Below are positions 40,344 to 50,078 of a stretch of 64,000 bases of DNA, piece after piece. Below the pieces are notes generated by a model. That model searched no databases. It worked only from the letters and a program-made list of their open reading frames with translations, and was not told the origin of the DNA. A program made the position numbers and the translations under genes. Every line of letters starts with the position of its first letter. Positions within the stretch are counted from its first letter, which is position 1. The stretch comes from a virus (Duplodnaviria; Heunggongvirae; Uroviricota; Caudoviricetes): positions 393,166 to 457,165 of the IMG/VR virus record IMGVR_UViG_3300021979_000001. The stretch is one strand, 5' to 3'.

Positions 40344-41897
40344 ATGAATGCCCGTCTTGAATATGCAAATATGGTCGTGAAACATTATTGTGATGAAGTG
40401 ACACAAACTGAACTTGACGAGTTTTGTGTCACCCATTTCACAAAGCTGAAAGATGTTCCCATCAACCTATATGATATAATGAAATGGAACCTCAATATTA
40501 TTGATGGTGTTAGCGGCACGTATGGCAGCTTAAATGTTGAAAGAGTGATTAAACATACCAATGATTGCCCGGATGCAATTTATTTGTCTGCTATTCATGA
40601 GCATGTTTATAGCATATATGTAATCAATAATAAAAATGTATGCAACATTAAACAATATTACACCGGACCGGCTGAATATGAAAATATTCAGAATTATTTA
40701 TATGGTAAATCTGATTGTCAAGGATTGCTTAATGTTTTATTCGTTAATGGGTGTTTTAAAAATTCAACGCGTCCGTATCATTATTTAATGGATGTTGGGC
40801 TGAACCTGGATAAAAATATCAATGAAATTGACAATTTTATTCAGGTGTTAAAAACCTTTGATTTATCAACTAAGGTGAGATGGCCGCAAAACTATTCGAT
40901 TAATCCATCATTTGAAATACCAGATATAATATTTGTGGTGATGTTGTTTGATGAAATGTCACATAAACTGGATAAAAAAGATCAGAATTGTGTTATATAT
41001 GAACAATATGATATGTATAAAGCGATTTTTAATCATACCGAATTGGTAAAATTTATTGATGAAATTCGGTTAATTAAACCATTTTTAATGTCGAACAAGT
41101 TCCCGAACTTACCAACATCTGCGGATTATATTGATTACAGTAGAGTTAAAAATATAGGCAATGATCGGGTTCTTTGGGAAACATGCCTATATCTAAATCA
41201 TGTAACACCAGTTAATCAGTTACAACGCAGTTTATCTGCGAGTGTTAATGGTAACCTGGATGATACCAATTTGAAAATTCTTGATGGCATAACAAAGATT
41301 TCAAGTGTCGAGGATATATACCAAATATCCGAAATGACCATTGATGATCCTATAATTAAAGTTGCTTGCATTTCAAATATGCTGGAAAAATATAGTAATA
41401 GAAAAAACAGTAAGGCAATAATATGGAAAACACAGTATCTATATCGCAGTATGATTGAAAAAATAATCGAAATTTCAAATACCTGTGTGTATCTATATGA
41501 GTTGAAACACTATCGATATGCATTTAATGCAATCATATCATATCCACAATTTTTTCAGTATATGCCTGAATATCAGCGATACTCATTATCCTTTATCAAT
41601 GACATCGAACATAATCTAATGAGTTTGGAAGCATGGTGCGAAAGTATTGATCGGTTTAATATTGAAACCCCGGACCCGAATATCGTCCGTTCTGATATGA
41701 CATTCCTTCCAATTAGCACGGTTCCCGATTCCATTATGGTTTCTGCGATGATTCATTGTGTGATCGGTGATATTAATGCCCACGGAAATATGGAAATAAA
41801 AAAAACATTAAAAAATAATCATATATTCTGTCAGGCAATTGATAAATTATCTCATATCGATCTTATCCGATTTGGGTTATTTAAAATCATAATTTAA
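40344..41897 (+). CDS. Hypothetical protein, paralogue family B copy 3
   Basis: Same motif set as copy 1. Confidence 0.75.
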   Translation: MNARLEYANMVVKHYCDEVTQTELDEFCVTHFTKLKDVPINLYDIMKWNLNIIDGVSGTYGSLNVERVIKHTNDCPDAIYLSAIHEHVYSIYVINNKNVCNIKQYYTGPAEYENIQNYLYGKSDCQGLLNVLFVNGCFKNSTRPYHYLMDVGLNLDKNINEIDNFIQVLKTFDLSTKVRWPQNYSINPSFEIPDIIFVVMLFDEMSHKLDKKDQNCVIYEQYDMYKAIFNHTELVKFIDEIRLIKPFLMSNKFPNLPTSADYIDYSRVKNIGNDRVLWETCLYLNHVTPVNQLQRSLSASVNGNLDDTNLKILDGITKISSVEDIYQISEMTIDDPIIKVACISNMLEKYSNRKNSKAIIWKTQYLYRSMIEKIIEISNTCVYLYELKHYRYAFNAIISYPQFFQYMPEYQRYSLSFINDIEHNLMSLEAWCESIDRFNIETPDPNIVRSDMTFLPISTVPDSIMVSAMIHCVIGDINAHGNMEIKKTLKNNHIFCQAIDKLSHIDLIRFGLFKIII

Positions 41898-41964
41898 CCA
41901 TTTTAATATGGCATTGAAATCATCGCATCTGGTATTATTCATTGAATATTGAAATAGGTGCCAT

Positions 41965-42441
41965 ATGATACCAGATGTAAAACCACGTATGACGTTGCGT
42001 GATGTCCAGAAAATTCCCCATATAAGCGACCATTATCGACAACAATGCAAGATCGCATTCATTAATGCAATCGTCGAAACGTATAATCAGGGTAATTCCG
42101 GGGTAATCGATTTGACAAAATCATATATCGATACCGATACCTTGATATGGCATATTGAATGGGAAACAGAACATGGTGCCAGGTCAATAGGACAGATCGT
42201 TGAACAGGTATTATCATTAACATATTTCAACAATTTTGCAAAAAACGAAAACGTTTATTTTTATCGATACCTGAACGTGTTTCTAAACAAATTTGGTCAT
42301 AGAGACGAAATTTTGTCACACTTGAAATCGACAACTGATACTATTTTGCTTGGTAACGTGATGGAATATGTTGATTATCGGCAAAAAACCGACGAGTTGG
42401 CTAATATGTTAGGGGTAACAAATGTTTTTGAAACCAAGTGA
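41965..42441 (+). CDS. Hypothetical protein
   Basis: 158 aa; AGGTG SD; overlaps the radical SAM start. Confidence 0.55.
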   Translation: MIPDVKPRMTLRDVQKIPHISDHYRQQCKIAFINAIVETYNQGNSGVIDLTKSYIDTDTLIWHIEWETEHGARSIGQIVEQVLSLTYFNNFAKNENVYFYRYLNVFLNKFGHRDEILSHLKSTTDTILLGNVMEYVDYRQKTDELANMLGVTNVFETK

Positions 42442-43447
42442 AATAACGGGCATCCATTTAGAACTCACTAGTAGATGTCCATTATTGTGTTATCAGTGTG
42501 CCCGTGTTCATGAAGACGGGGTTAATCCTGTATTGCCCATTGGCGATCTTGAACCCATCTATATCGAAAAAATGTTAAGTGAGTTTGAAGGTTCCGGTGC
42601 AAAAATCACCGAACTGCATGTTTGTGGCAACTACGGCGATTATCTAGCATATCAATATCATACCGGGTTTCTCGACATTATAAAATCAAGAAAAATATTC
42701 ACCAGATTGTATTCTAATGGTTCCGGGCGATCTAAAGCGTTTTGGCAGCAAACCGCTACCGCATTGGGCGATAACGGAGAAATGGTGTTTTCAATTGATG
42801 GGTTAGCTGATACGAACCATCTTTATCGTCGGAATGCGATATGGTCAAAAGTTATGGATTCTGCCCAATGGTTTATTGCTGCCGGTGGCAAAGCAATCTG
42901 GGAAATGCTGGTATTTGCCCATAACCAACATCAGGTAGACGATGCCCGGAAACTATCAGAAACGATGGGGTTTCATTCCTTTCGGGTAAAAAAAGCATCC
43001 CGTTTTACACCATTCGATGATACTCTAGAAAATGTCCAGGTAAGCACAAATAATAAGTTTGTGGATACAAAAGGGATACACCTATCAGCTATACCGGTTA
43101 ACCCTGATATTTCGTGTCAATATCGTGCCCGGAAATGGGCATATGTGAGTTTTGAAGGTGATTTGCTACCGTGCTGTTGGATTGGTGGAGATAAGCACAA
43201 GAAGACAAAAAAACGGGTTGCCACCAAAGAATTGTTTTCAAAATACGGCCATGATTTTGTGTCAATTAAAAATCATACGGTATCTGAAATATTGTCGAAT
43301 GATTGGTATCAACATGGGCTGGATGAAAGTTGGGCAAATTCCCCGGATAGTGATACGTTACCGAAAATGCAACCATGCATTAAACAGTGCAACACCTGCA
43401 CTCTCCAAGCAACAGAATTGAAAAACAAATATGTGGTTTATCCATGA
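42422..43447 (+). CDS. Radical SAM enzyme with SPASM/twitch-like domain
   Basis: CPLLCYQC, FSIDG, and C-terminal C...GDLLPCC...C...C..C. Confidence 0.88.
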   Translation: MFLKPSEITGIHLELTSRCPLLCYQCARVHEDGVNPVLPIGDLEPIYIEKMLSEFEGSGAKITELHVCGNYGDYLAYQYHTGFLDIIKSRKIFTRLYSNGSGRSKAFWQQTATALGDNGEMVFSIDGLADTNHLYRRNAIWSKVMDSAQWFIAAGGKAIWEMLVFAHNQHQVDDARKLSETMGFHSFRVKKASRFTPFDDTLENVQVSTNNKFVDTKGIHLSAIPVNPDISCQYRARKWAYVSFEGDLLPCCWIGGDKHKKTKKRVATKELFSKYGHDFVSIKNHTVSEILSNDWYQHGLDESWANSPDSDTLPKMQPCIKQCNTCTLQATELKNKYVVYP

Positions 43448-44118
43448 CATATACATTAATTGATTTGAAGGCCACCCAGGATCAACGGGCATTTGATAAA
43501 TTAGTCAAACTTGAACAAGAAATTTCAAAAGATACGCACCGAAATGCGGGTAACTATCGAAATATTGATAAAAAAGTGGACGAATTTATCAGTTTCGAAG
43601 TTCTCATTCATGATGATACCGAAGAATTGGTTGCAATATCAGGGCTTTATAATAATGGTTGGTATCCGTCGGACCATGCGCGGGTATCAACAAGAACATA
43701 TTATGTGCCAAAATTTCGTAATTCTCCGCTGACATCATTTAGAGGAAATGGCGCACAAAATGCCTGGGCAGAAGAATACTTCATACCGTATGAGGTCGTG
43801 AAATGCCGTGAAACAGGCATCACAGTTCCGTTTATCAGTATCGAGTATCTGTCACGTAGGAAAGCGATAACAGCGCTGTGTGACCGTTTAAACCACCTAC
43901 ACGGACATCGTTGGCAAATCAATGATGCTATGTATAACACATGTCGTCAACACAATGATGATGGCAAATACATTGGTATTAACCCAGCGGCAACATGTTG
44001 GCAAAATTGTTGTTATTATTTGTTGGACAATAATGCGACGTTTTCATTACCGGAAATGTCGGATGATGAATGGTTTAAAAAATTTAAGGATAATCAAAAT
44101 GACAGAATACACACATAA
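43444..44118 (+). CDS. Hypothetical enzyme, possibly GNAT-like fold
   Basis: ATGA-coupled to the rSAM; LVAISGL...RVSTRTYYVPKFR resembles GNAT motif A. Confidence 0.4.
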   Translation: MTYTLIDLKATQDQRAFDKLVKLEQEISKDTHRNAGNYRNIDKKVDEFISFEVLIHDDTEELVAISGLYNNGWYPSDHARVSTRTYYVPKFRNSPLTSFRGNGAQNAWAEEYFIPYEVVKCRETGITVPFISIEYLSRRKAITALCDRLNHLHGHRWQINDAMYNTCRQHNDDGKYIGINPAATCWQNCCYYLLDNNATFSLPEMSDDEWFKKFKDNQNDRIHT

Positions 44119-44875
44119 ACAGAGATTACGACTATTTCAGGTTGGTAAGGTATCCGCTCAAATTTCCGTCCCTGATAGATCAAAAACATATGACAAGGTG
44201 GTTATCATTTGTCATGGGTCCGGTGGCATTGGTGATGCAGAACAACAGTTGGCCGACAAATTATCCCCTAAAGTCCCGGTCGTTATGATCGATCATTTCA
44301 CTGGCCGGGGCGTATTCTCTCATTGGTGGGATAAAGTAGAATTCACACCTTCGTTTCATGACCGGCTGGATGATGTATTGATGACCTATAAAACGCTAGG
44401 GTTAATCAATAATCTAATCAAACTACAACCTGATTTTTCTGTTGATATTATTGGTTTTAGTGCTGGGGGAACGGTTGCGATCCTGGCATCCCAATATGAG
44501 TGGGTTAATAATGTTACCGCGTTTTATCCGGCATTATGGCCCTTGCTGAACGATTTTGATAAAATGAAACAGGAAAAGATCGAAATCGTAACAGGCGAGA
44601 ATGATGATTGGACGCCATTAAAACATGCAAATATGTTTGCCAAACAATATGCTGATGTAACAATGCATATTCTATCTGACACCAAACATGGTTTCATGAA
44701 AATGGGAACTGGGTTTATGGAAAATTCAATTTCGTTTCGGGATACTGAATTTAACGGGCCGATCAATGATGTTGGTGATTTGGTTGGATTGCCGTTCACA
44801 CGTGGGATTCATGTGGAATATCACGAGGAACATGCAAAGGATTGGCATAATTTATTGTATGTGGAATATTGTTAA
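44099..44875 (+). CDS. Alpha/beta hydrolase, dienelactone hydrolase family
   Basis: HGSGG oxyanion motif, GFSAGG nucleophile elbow, GENDDWTP Asp, HGF His. Confidence 0.82.
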   Translation: MTEYTHKQRLRLFQVGKVSAQISVPDRSKTYDKVVIICHGSGGIGDAEQQLADKLSPKVPVVMIDHFTGRGVFSHWWDKVEFTPSFHDRLDDVLMTYKTLGLINNLIKLQPDFSVDIIGFSAGGTVAILASQYEWVNNVTAFYPALWPLLNDFDKMKQEKIEIVTGENDDWTPLKHANMFAKQYADVTMHILSDTKHGFMKMGTGFMENSISFRDTEFNGPINDVGDLVGLPFTRGIHVEYHEEHAKDWHNLLYVEYC

Positions 44876-44884
44876 CCGAATTAA

Positions 44885-44921
44885 AATAAAAAAGGGGATC
44901 AACATGATCCCCTTTTTTATT
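44885..44921. terminator. Bidirectional terminator between convergent operons
   Basis: AATAAAAAAGGGGATC/GATCCCCTTTTTTATT. Confidence 0.8.
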
Positions 44922-45264
44922 CGATCCAATCTCGGATAGGCGGGATTAACCAACATATTCCGATACCAACGAACAATACGGAAAACACTACTACTAACAA
45001 AACGATGCAAATCCGTATGAAAATATTTTCAAAATAGTCATTTTGCGTCGATGATAATGAGCGTTCATATCCAAACAGTATTATGTGCGTTAACATACCC
45101 GCAGCAAAAAAATAGAATAGATACATAACGGGAAATAAAGACATGCAGTAAAACGTAAATGCACTTATTACGATAATGATGCATATAAATATCGTGACCT
45201 TTAGTGTTCTAATGGAAAAGAAATCTTCTAATATCATCATCACTCCTTTATTATAATCAGACAT
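44917..45264 (-). CDS. Small multi-TM membrane protein, family C
   Basis: 3 hydrophobic helices; G..H motif and C-terminal W. Confidence 0.6.
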   Translation of the reverse strand: MSDYNKGVMMILEDFFSIRTLKVTIFICIIIVISAFTFYCMSLFPVMYLFYFFAAGMLTHIILFGYERSLSSTQNDYFENIFIRICIVLLVVVFSVLFVGIGICWLIPPIRDWIE

Positions 45265-45719
45265 ATGCTACTGAATATAACATAAATCGGCCAATACAAA
45301 CATAGTAACATCGATAGCATGAAGAAATTGATATGTGATCCATTATTACCATCATATGCAATGTTAATATCTAATCTGGGAATATAGGCACCACGTATGA
45401 GTGGTAGCTGTGTATTTAATATTCCATGAAAACTTCCTGATACGAACAAATAGATTATGAACAATGCCGGAGATAATATGGCATACATTATGTCTAGTTG
45501 AACTGCAATGGTAATGATAAACAATATAGACCAAGATGCCTTCGTCATGTCCTGCTTATTAATGTTAAAATAATAAGAAGTATAACATAGATTTGAAATA
45601 AAACAATATGTATAAAAAATAAAACCAGAAAACAAATAATTGATCAGTAATAGTTCTACTATTTTGATTAACATTAATGAATATACGTTTATATGCATGA
45701 TATTATTCCAACCGAGCAA
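45240..45719 (-). CDS. Multi-TM membrane protein, family C
   Basis: IVE, ISN, SG.FH, INFF and LYWP motifs. Confidence 0.65.
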   Translation of the reverse strand: MLGWNNIMHINVYSLMLIKIVELLLINYLFSGFIFYTYCFISNLCYTSYYFNINKQDMTKASWSILFIITIAVQLDIMYAILSPALFIIYLFVSGSFHGILNTQLPLIRGAYIPRLDINIAYDGNNGSHINFFMLSMLLCLYWPIYVIFSSICLIIIKE

Positions 45720-46143
45720 GATAATATATAAATGAAATCGTTATAAAGATCGGCCAGAATAATGCAAATCCTATCGATGCATTAAACATATTTATTTCGT
45801 TGCAGCTTTGTATGTTTAATTCAGTTAGGAAATTTTTATAATATATTTTATGGGCCATTCCTGATAAAAACAAATGTATTATAAGTCCGATTGAAGACAA
45901 AATGGTGTATAATACATACAATTCAATGAATATTGTCATTGCGCATAATAATAAATAAATTGGCGGGGATGGCAATTTGGCAGATGTGAGTATTGATAAT
46001 ATATAGATCGTGTGGCCGCAGTTTGATAATGTAAGATATATTATTATCTCATACCCTGAAAAAAAATGAAACACGAATGCGGTTTCGATTATTCGTATTA
46101 CCAATAAAAAACATAACCACATTATATTAATCTCAACCAACAC
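45703..46143 (-). CDS. Multi-TM membrane protein, family C
   Basis: RIIE, SN..HT, SGMAHK, INMF and LFWP motifs. Confidence 0.65.
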   Translation of the reverse strand: MLVEINIMWLCFLLVIRIIETAFVFHFFSGYEIIIYLTLSNCGHTIYILSILTSAKLPSPPIYLLLCAMTIFIELYVLYTILSSIGLIIHLFLSGMAHKIYYKNFLTELNIQSCNEINMFNASIGFALFWPIFITISFIYYLARLE

Positions 46144-46558
46144 ACAATAATAACGGCCAGTTCAAAGATACCCCCATTGCTAACGTGAACATATTTATTT
46201 TTGTCCCGGTTGTAATGTCGATAGCGACAACGTGCCCAGATGGCAACTTTATTGTGTGGTCTGATTTCGATAGTTCAAGCAATATTTTGTGAACAAATCC
46301 TGATATTACCAAGTATATGATAAGATAGGTTAATGAAAAAGTCATATATATAACATAAATGTGAAGAATAATAGTTACTAAAACGAATAATGAATAAATT
46401 ATATGTGACGGAAAATTATCGATTGCGTAAACAGATTGAATAACAGTATGAATTAAATTAGAAATAAAAAGATATACGACTAATCCCATTCCTGATAATA
46501 AATAAAACGATGCTGATATTTCAATAATACGAAAACATATCAGAAAAACTAATGTCAT
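46133..46558 (-). CDS. Multi-TM membrane protein, family C
   Basis: RIIE, SN..HT, SGFVHK, INMF and LNWP motifs. Confidence 0.65.
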   Translation of the reverse strand: MTLVFLICFRIIEISASFYLLSGMGLVVYLFISNLIHTVIQSVYAIDNFPSHIIYSLFVLVTIILHIYVIYMTFSLTYLIIYLVISGFVHKILLELSKSDHTIKLPSGHVVAIDITTGTKINMFTLAMGVSLNWPLLLCVG

Positions 46559-46564
46559 ATCGGA

Positions 46565-46894
46565 TTAATTCCTTGGTAGTATCTTTCGTAATATACAAAC
46601 CATGATACACCACACAGATACGTATATGATCCAATTGCATCCGATCATGAGCGATAACACATAAAATTTCAGTGTTGAACCTTCATTATTCTGTTTCATC
46701 CATATTGTAAAATGACATATAAATGCAATCACGGTGTATGCGATTGCATAATTATATGGCAAATATAACCAAGCGGAATAGAGTGCTAAAAATGACAATA
46801 AAATCATTAATGCAATCAGTCCAGCCAATCCCAAACATTTTTTGGTGATCGCAAACGCAACATTTATATTGTCTGAATATTTAATCATGATCAC
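46565..46894 (-). CDS. Small multi-TM membrane protein, divergent family C
   Basis: 3 helices; FICH and GCNW. Confidence 0.55.
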   Translation of the reverse strand: MIMIKYSDNINVAFAITKKCLGLAGLIALMILLSFLALYSAWLYLPYNYAIAYTVIAFICHFTIWMKQNNEGSTLKFYVLSLMIGCNWIIYVSVWCIMVCILRKILPRN

Positions 46895-46940
46895 TTATTG
46901 AATGAGGTTGTGATACGCCGCCTGAATAACGATAATACAA

Positions 46941-47480
46941 TCACGATATTTTCAGGTTCATTACCAAATGTGTGCGAATATTGTTTGGATCGAAATTCAC
47001 GGCTGAATGACGTTTATCCGCGTTAATGACATAAAGCTGTCCGTCTGCCGGGATATGGATCAGTTGATTGTTTTCTGCATAGGCAATATACGCATATTCA
47101 TTCGTTTTCAATGCAAGATGCACCCGGTATTCGCCAGGACCATCAATGTGCATTGAATAGCATCGTTTAGGCGGGATTTGCATCAACCGCATCCGGGTGA
47201 CGGGTAGAAGATGGCGAACTGCTTCCAATGCGGTTCCTTTGATCATCGAATGCATGACCGTAAAGTCATCTTCATTCAACCCAGACATAGGGTATCCTGT
47301 TGCATATCGGTTCCCAATACCCTGATATGGGTCGTCGCGATCATGATCCGGGGTATTCAGCAAACAAAGCTGGTTATGCTTGTTAAAAGGAAATTGTTTG
47401 ATGAACTCAAATGCAATCCGTTTAATATCATCAAAATTCTGAACCATAATCCCGGTAGCATCAACAAATTCTGATTTCAT
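46941..47480 (-). CDS. Asp/Asn beta-hydroxylase-like 2OG-Fe(II) oxygenase
   Basis: RMRLM...YSMHID (HxD)...RVHLAL...HSAVN...RTHLV; ATGA-coupled to the upstream B12 rSAM. Confidence 0.7.
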   Translation of the reverse strand: MKSEFVDATGIMVQNFDDIKRIAFEFIKQFPFNKHNQLCLLNTPDHDRDDPYQGIGNRYATGYPMSGLNEDDFTVMHSMIKGTALEAVRHLLPVTRMRLMQIPPKRCYSMHIDGPGEYRVHLALKTNEYAYIAYAENNQLIHIPADGQLYVINADKRHSAVNFDPNNIRTHLVMNLKIS

Positions 47481-49000
47481 TTTGTGCGTCCTTCATAAAC
47501 AAATTCAATAATTTCCTTCATTTCGGAAGAAATATTATCGCCTTTGATAAGATAATAATCTTTTCGAAACGCCCCGCCATCGCCCCCGGCGTAGGACTGT
47601 GATAATCCATTTTCGATTAATCGTTTATGAAATCGAAAATATCGTTCAATTCTGGTTGCATAATCATTATCACCACATGCCCAGGATTTTGTGAAATCAT
47701 CATTTGTAACCAACGCGGTATACGAGATGCCATAATGTTCAGGATCGTCACCTACTGGACTACCTGGTAAAACACGCATTGGGTTGTTCAAATTGATGTC
47801 AACTAATGTTTTATATTGTGGCAAACGATCAATAAAATCAAGTGTTTTTACAAAATCATCTTCTGTTTCGGTTGGATACCCCACAATCATTAACGGGACG
47901 AATTTGATGCCGGTTCGTTCAAAATTATCAAGCATATTGAATAAACTAACATCATCGAATGGTTTGAGCATATCTGCCCGAACCCGTTCTGAACCGGATT
48001 CAATCCCGATTGAAACCAGATCAACCCCGGCATCTTTCATCTGATCAAATAATTCTGGTGGCATTTGTTTGTGATGTCGGCATATGAATTGACCGTGCCA
48101 AATAAGTTTTTTTCCGTATCCTCGTTTGACTAGAGTTTCACATTGTTCTCTAAACACTTTCGGGTTGCCGTTAAGCAACGAATCGGTAAACCGGAATTTA
48201 TCCACCCCATAGGTATCGTAAAGATGAATCATTTCATTTGCGATGTCGGTTCCGGTTTTGGTCTTGAATGTCGGCCAAATGCTGGCAACGTCACAGAAGG
48301 TGCATGATCTAACACATCCGCGTGATCCCGCCATATAAACCCATTTGTTGGGACCAGGATTGTTTTCAGTGACCGAGGTGTGTTTTTTTGGATATTGTGT
48401 GAAGTCAAAATCAGAATAATCTGGTGGTATATGACGAAATTCGGAATCAAAATTACTTACGGTGAAACTGTTTGTTGTTGTCAGTGTTCCTGACAGATAT
48501 TGACCAATCGCTGACTCACAATTTCCATAAATATAGTCATCAAACAGGTTTCCAATTTTTGAAAATTCCTGTTCACAAAATTCTTTATTGCGAATAGATA
48601 TACCAGGTCCACCCAACACGATCTTTGTTGATGGGAAATATTCGCGCAATAACCCCAGCATAATAGGTAAAGGTTGGAAGGTAAGAACTGAAAATAGACT
48701 AATCCCGATAACCTTCGGGTTATACGGAACTATTTCTTCCCTAATCGCTTGGTGTAATAAACTGTGAACATCATTCATATTGGCGTCAATGGTATTTCGA
48801 TCAAACCACATGCTGTCATTATATGACCACCAATGACCTAATCCCATGACAACGAGTTTGCGCCATAACCAAATGTTCAAGTCAAAAGCCCTGGTGGTAA
48901 AGCCATCATGTTCTGCACATGCTTTTAATTGCGCCAGGGCCAATGATGGTGCGCGCAAATCAACTTTAGGCAGGTTCAATACAAACAAATCAACCATCAT
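47477..49000 (-). CDS. B12-binding (class B) radical SAM enzyme
   Basis: APSLALAQLKA...GISLFS...VLGGPG; GSRGCVRSCTFC; FTDSLLNG; IGIESGS; VGYPTET; paralogous to 35149-36651. Confidence 0.88.
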   Translation of the reverse strand: MMVDLFVLNLPKVDLRAPSLALAQLKACAEHDGFTTRAFDLNIWLWRKLVVMGLGHWWSYNDSMWFDRNTIDANMNDVHSLLHQAIREEIVPYNPKVIGISLFSVLTFQPLPIMLGLLREYFPSTKIVLGGPGISIRNKEFCEQEFSKIGNLFDDYIYGNCESAIGQYLSGTLTTTNSFTVSNFDSEFRHIPPDYSDFDFTQYPKKHTSVTENNPGPNKWVYMAGSRGCVRSCTFCDVASIWPTFKTKTGTDIANEMIHLYDTYGVDKFRFTDSLLNGNPKVFREQCETLVKRGYGKKLIWHGQFICRHHKQMPPELFDQMKDAGVDLVSIGIESGSERVRADMLKPFDDVSLFNMLDNFERTGIKFVPLMIVGYPTETEDDFVKTLDFIDRLPQYKTLVDINLNNPMRVLPGSPVGDDPEHYGISYTALVTNDDFTKSWACGDNDYATRIERYFRFHKRLIENGLSQSYAGGDGGAFRKDYYLIKGDNISSEMKEIIEFVYEGRTK

Positions 49001-50073
49001 TGTTTGAGACGCGCCAGGGTTTGTTCATTAAGGTCAATTCCCGTTGGATTTTTTATCATAAATATTGCCTCGTTATATCCGTTATTATACGATCTATATA
49101 TCTGGCGACGTGTTGGACATTCAATCAAGGTAATTGCCGTTGGTTTCAAATCTAACAGTTTGTTTATCACATTTTTAGATACCATATTACTGTTAACTAT
49201 TTTTTTTGCTACCGAATTTGAGTGCGGAACATTATATATACCAACACATACGTTATTTAAATATAACCCAAGGATGATTTTTAATTGTGTGGTTGATGAA
49301 AGTTGTGGTTTAAGGGTGTTAAACAATTCGAATATTTTGTTTTTATCGGCATGATACATGGATTCAAGTATCGCGATCATTTTTAATTGCTGTGATGATT
49401 TCTTCATATACAAGATCAAATCTGGATAATGTTCGATAAGTATAGTTAATTCAATATTTGTGAAAAGATTTATATTTTCAGCAAATAATTCGAACATTCG
49501 TTTTTTGTATTTATTGCATAATTTGAGCGAATATATCGACGTGTTTTCTGGGTAATTAAACTCTAAAAATCGCAACCGATGAATGATCATGGTAATAATA
49601 TATTTGTTTTTGATGCCCATATCATTTAATTCAAACGCGATTTTAAAAACTTCTTCACTCGTATAATCTTTACAGTTTCTTTCATTAAAATAACGAAATA
49701 ATAATAATAATGCGTTATTGTCAATATTTTTTATATTGAAAATATTACGTGGATTTCTTTCAAATAATATGACTAATATTAAAGAACTAACGGTTTGATA
49801 ATGCATATAAATATCAGGGAAAATATGCATAATTGCTAACTGGGTGTGATTTGTGATTCTTTTGTTAGTCACGTATGTGGCGAACAGTTTATACAATTGA
49901 TCCATCACGTCTGGATGATGTGATTTTAGTTTTTCGATTGAACAGTTTGGATGCTTGCTATATTTTAAAAATTTATTGGATAACTCACTTGCTGTAATGT
50001 GCCCGCGTTTAATCGCAAGTTCTGCGGATGTAATGAACTTGATTTCCACCTTGTGCAATTGAATAAATTCCAT
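48997..50073 (-). CDS. Helical-repeat protein, family D
   Basis: P.LI.Y...P repeats; C-terminal YNNGY..AIF.I.NPT..D.N.Q.LA.L. Confidence 0.7.
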   Translation of the reverse strand: MEFIQLHKVEIKFITSAELAIKRGHITASELSNKFLKYSKHPNCSIEKLKSHHPDVMDQLYKLFATYVTNKRITNHTQLAIMHIFPDIYMHYQTVSSLILVILFERNPRNIFNIKNIDNNALLLLFRYFNERNCKDYTSEEVFKIAFELNDMGIKNKYIITMIIHRLRFLEFNYPENTSIYSLKLCNKYKKRMFELFAENINLFTNIELTILIEHYPDLILYMKKSSQQLKMIAILESMYHADKNKIFELFNTLKPQLSSTTQLKIILGLYLNNVCVGIYNVPHSNSVAKKIVNSNMVSKNVINKLLDLKPTAITLIECPTRRQIYRSYNNGYNEAIFMIKNPTGIDLNEQTLARLKQ

Positions 50074-50078
50074 GGTTT

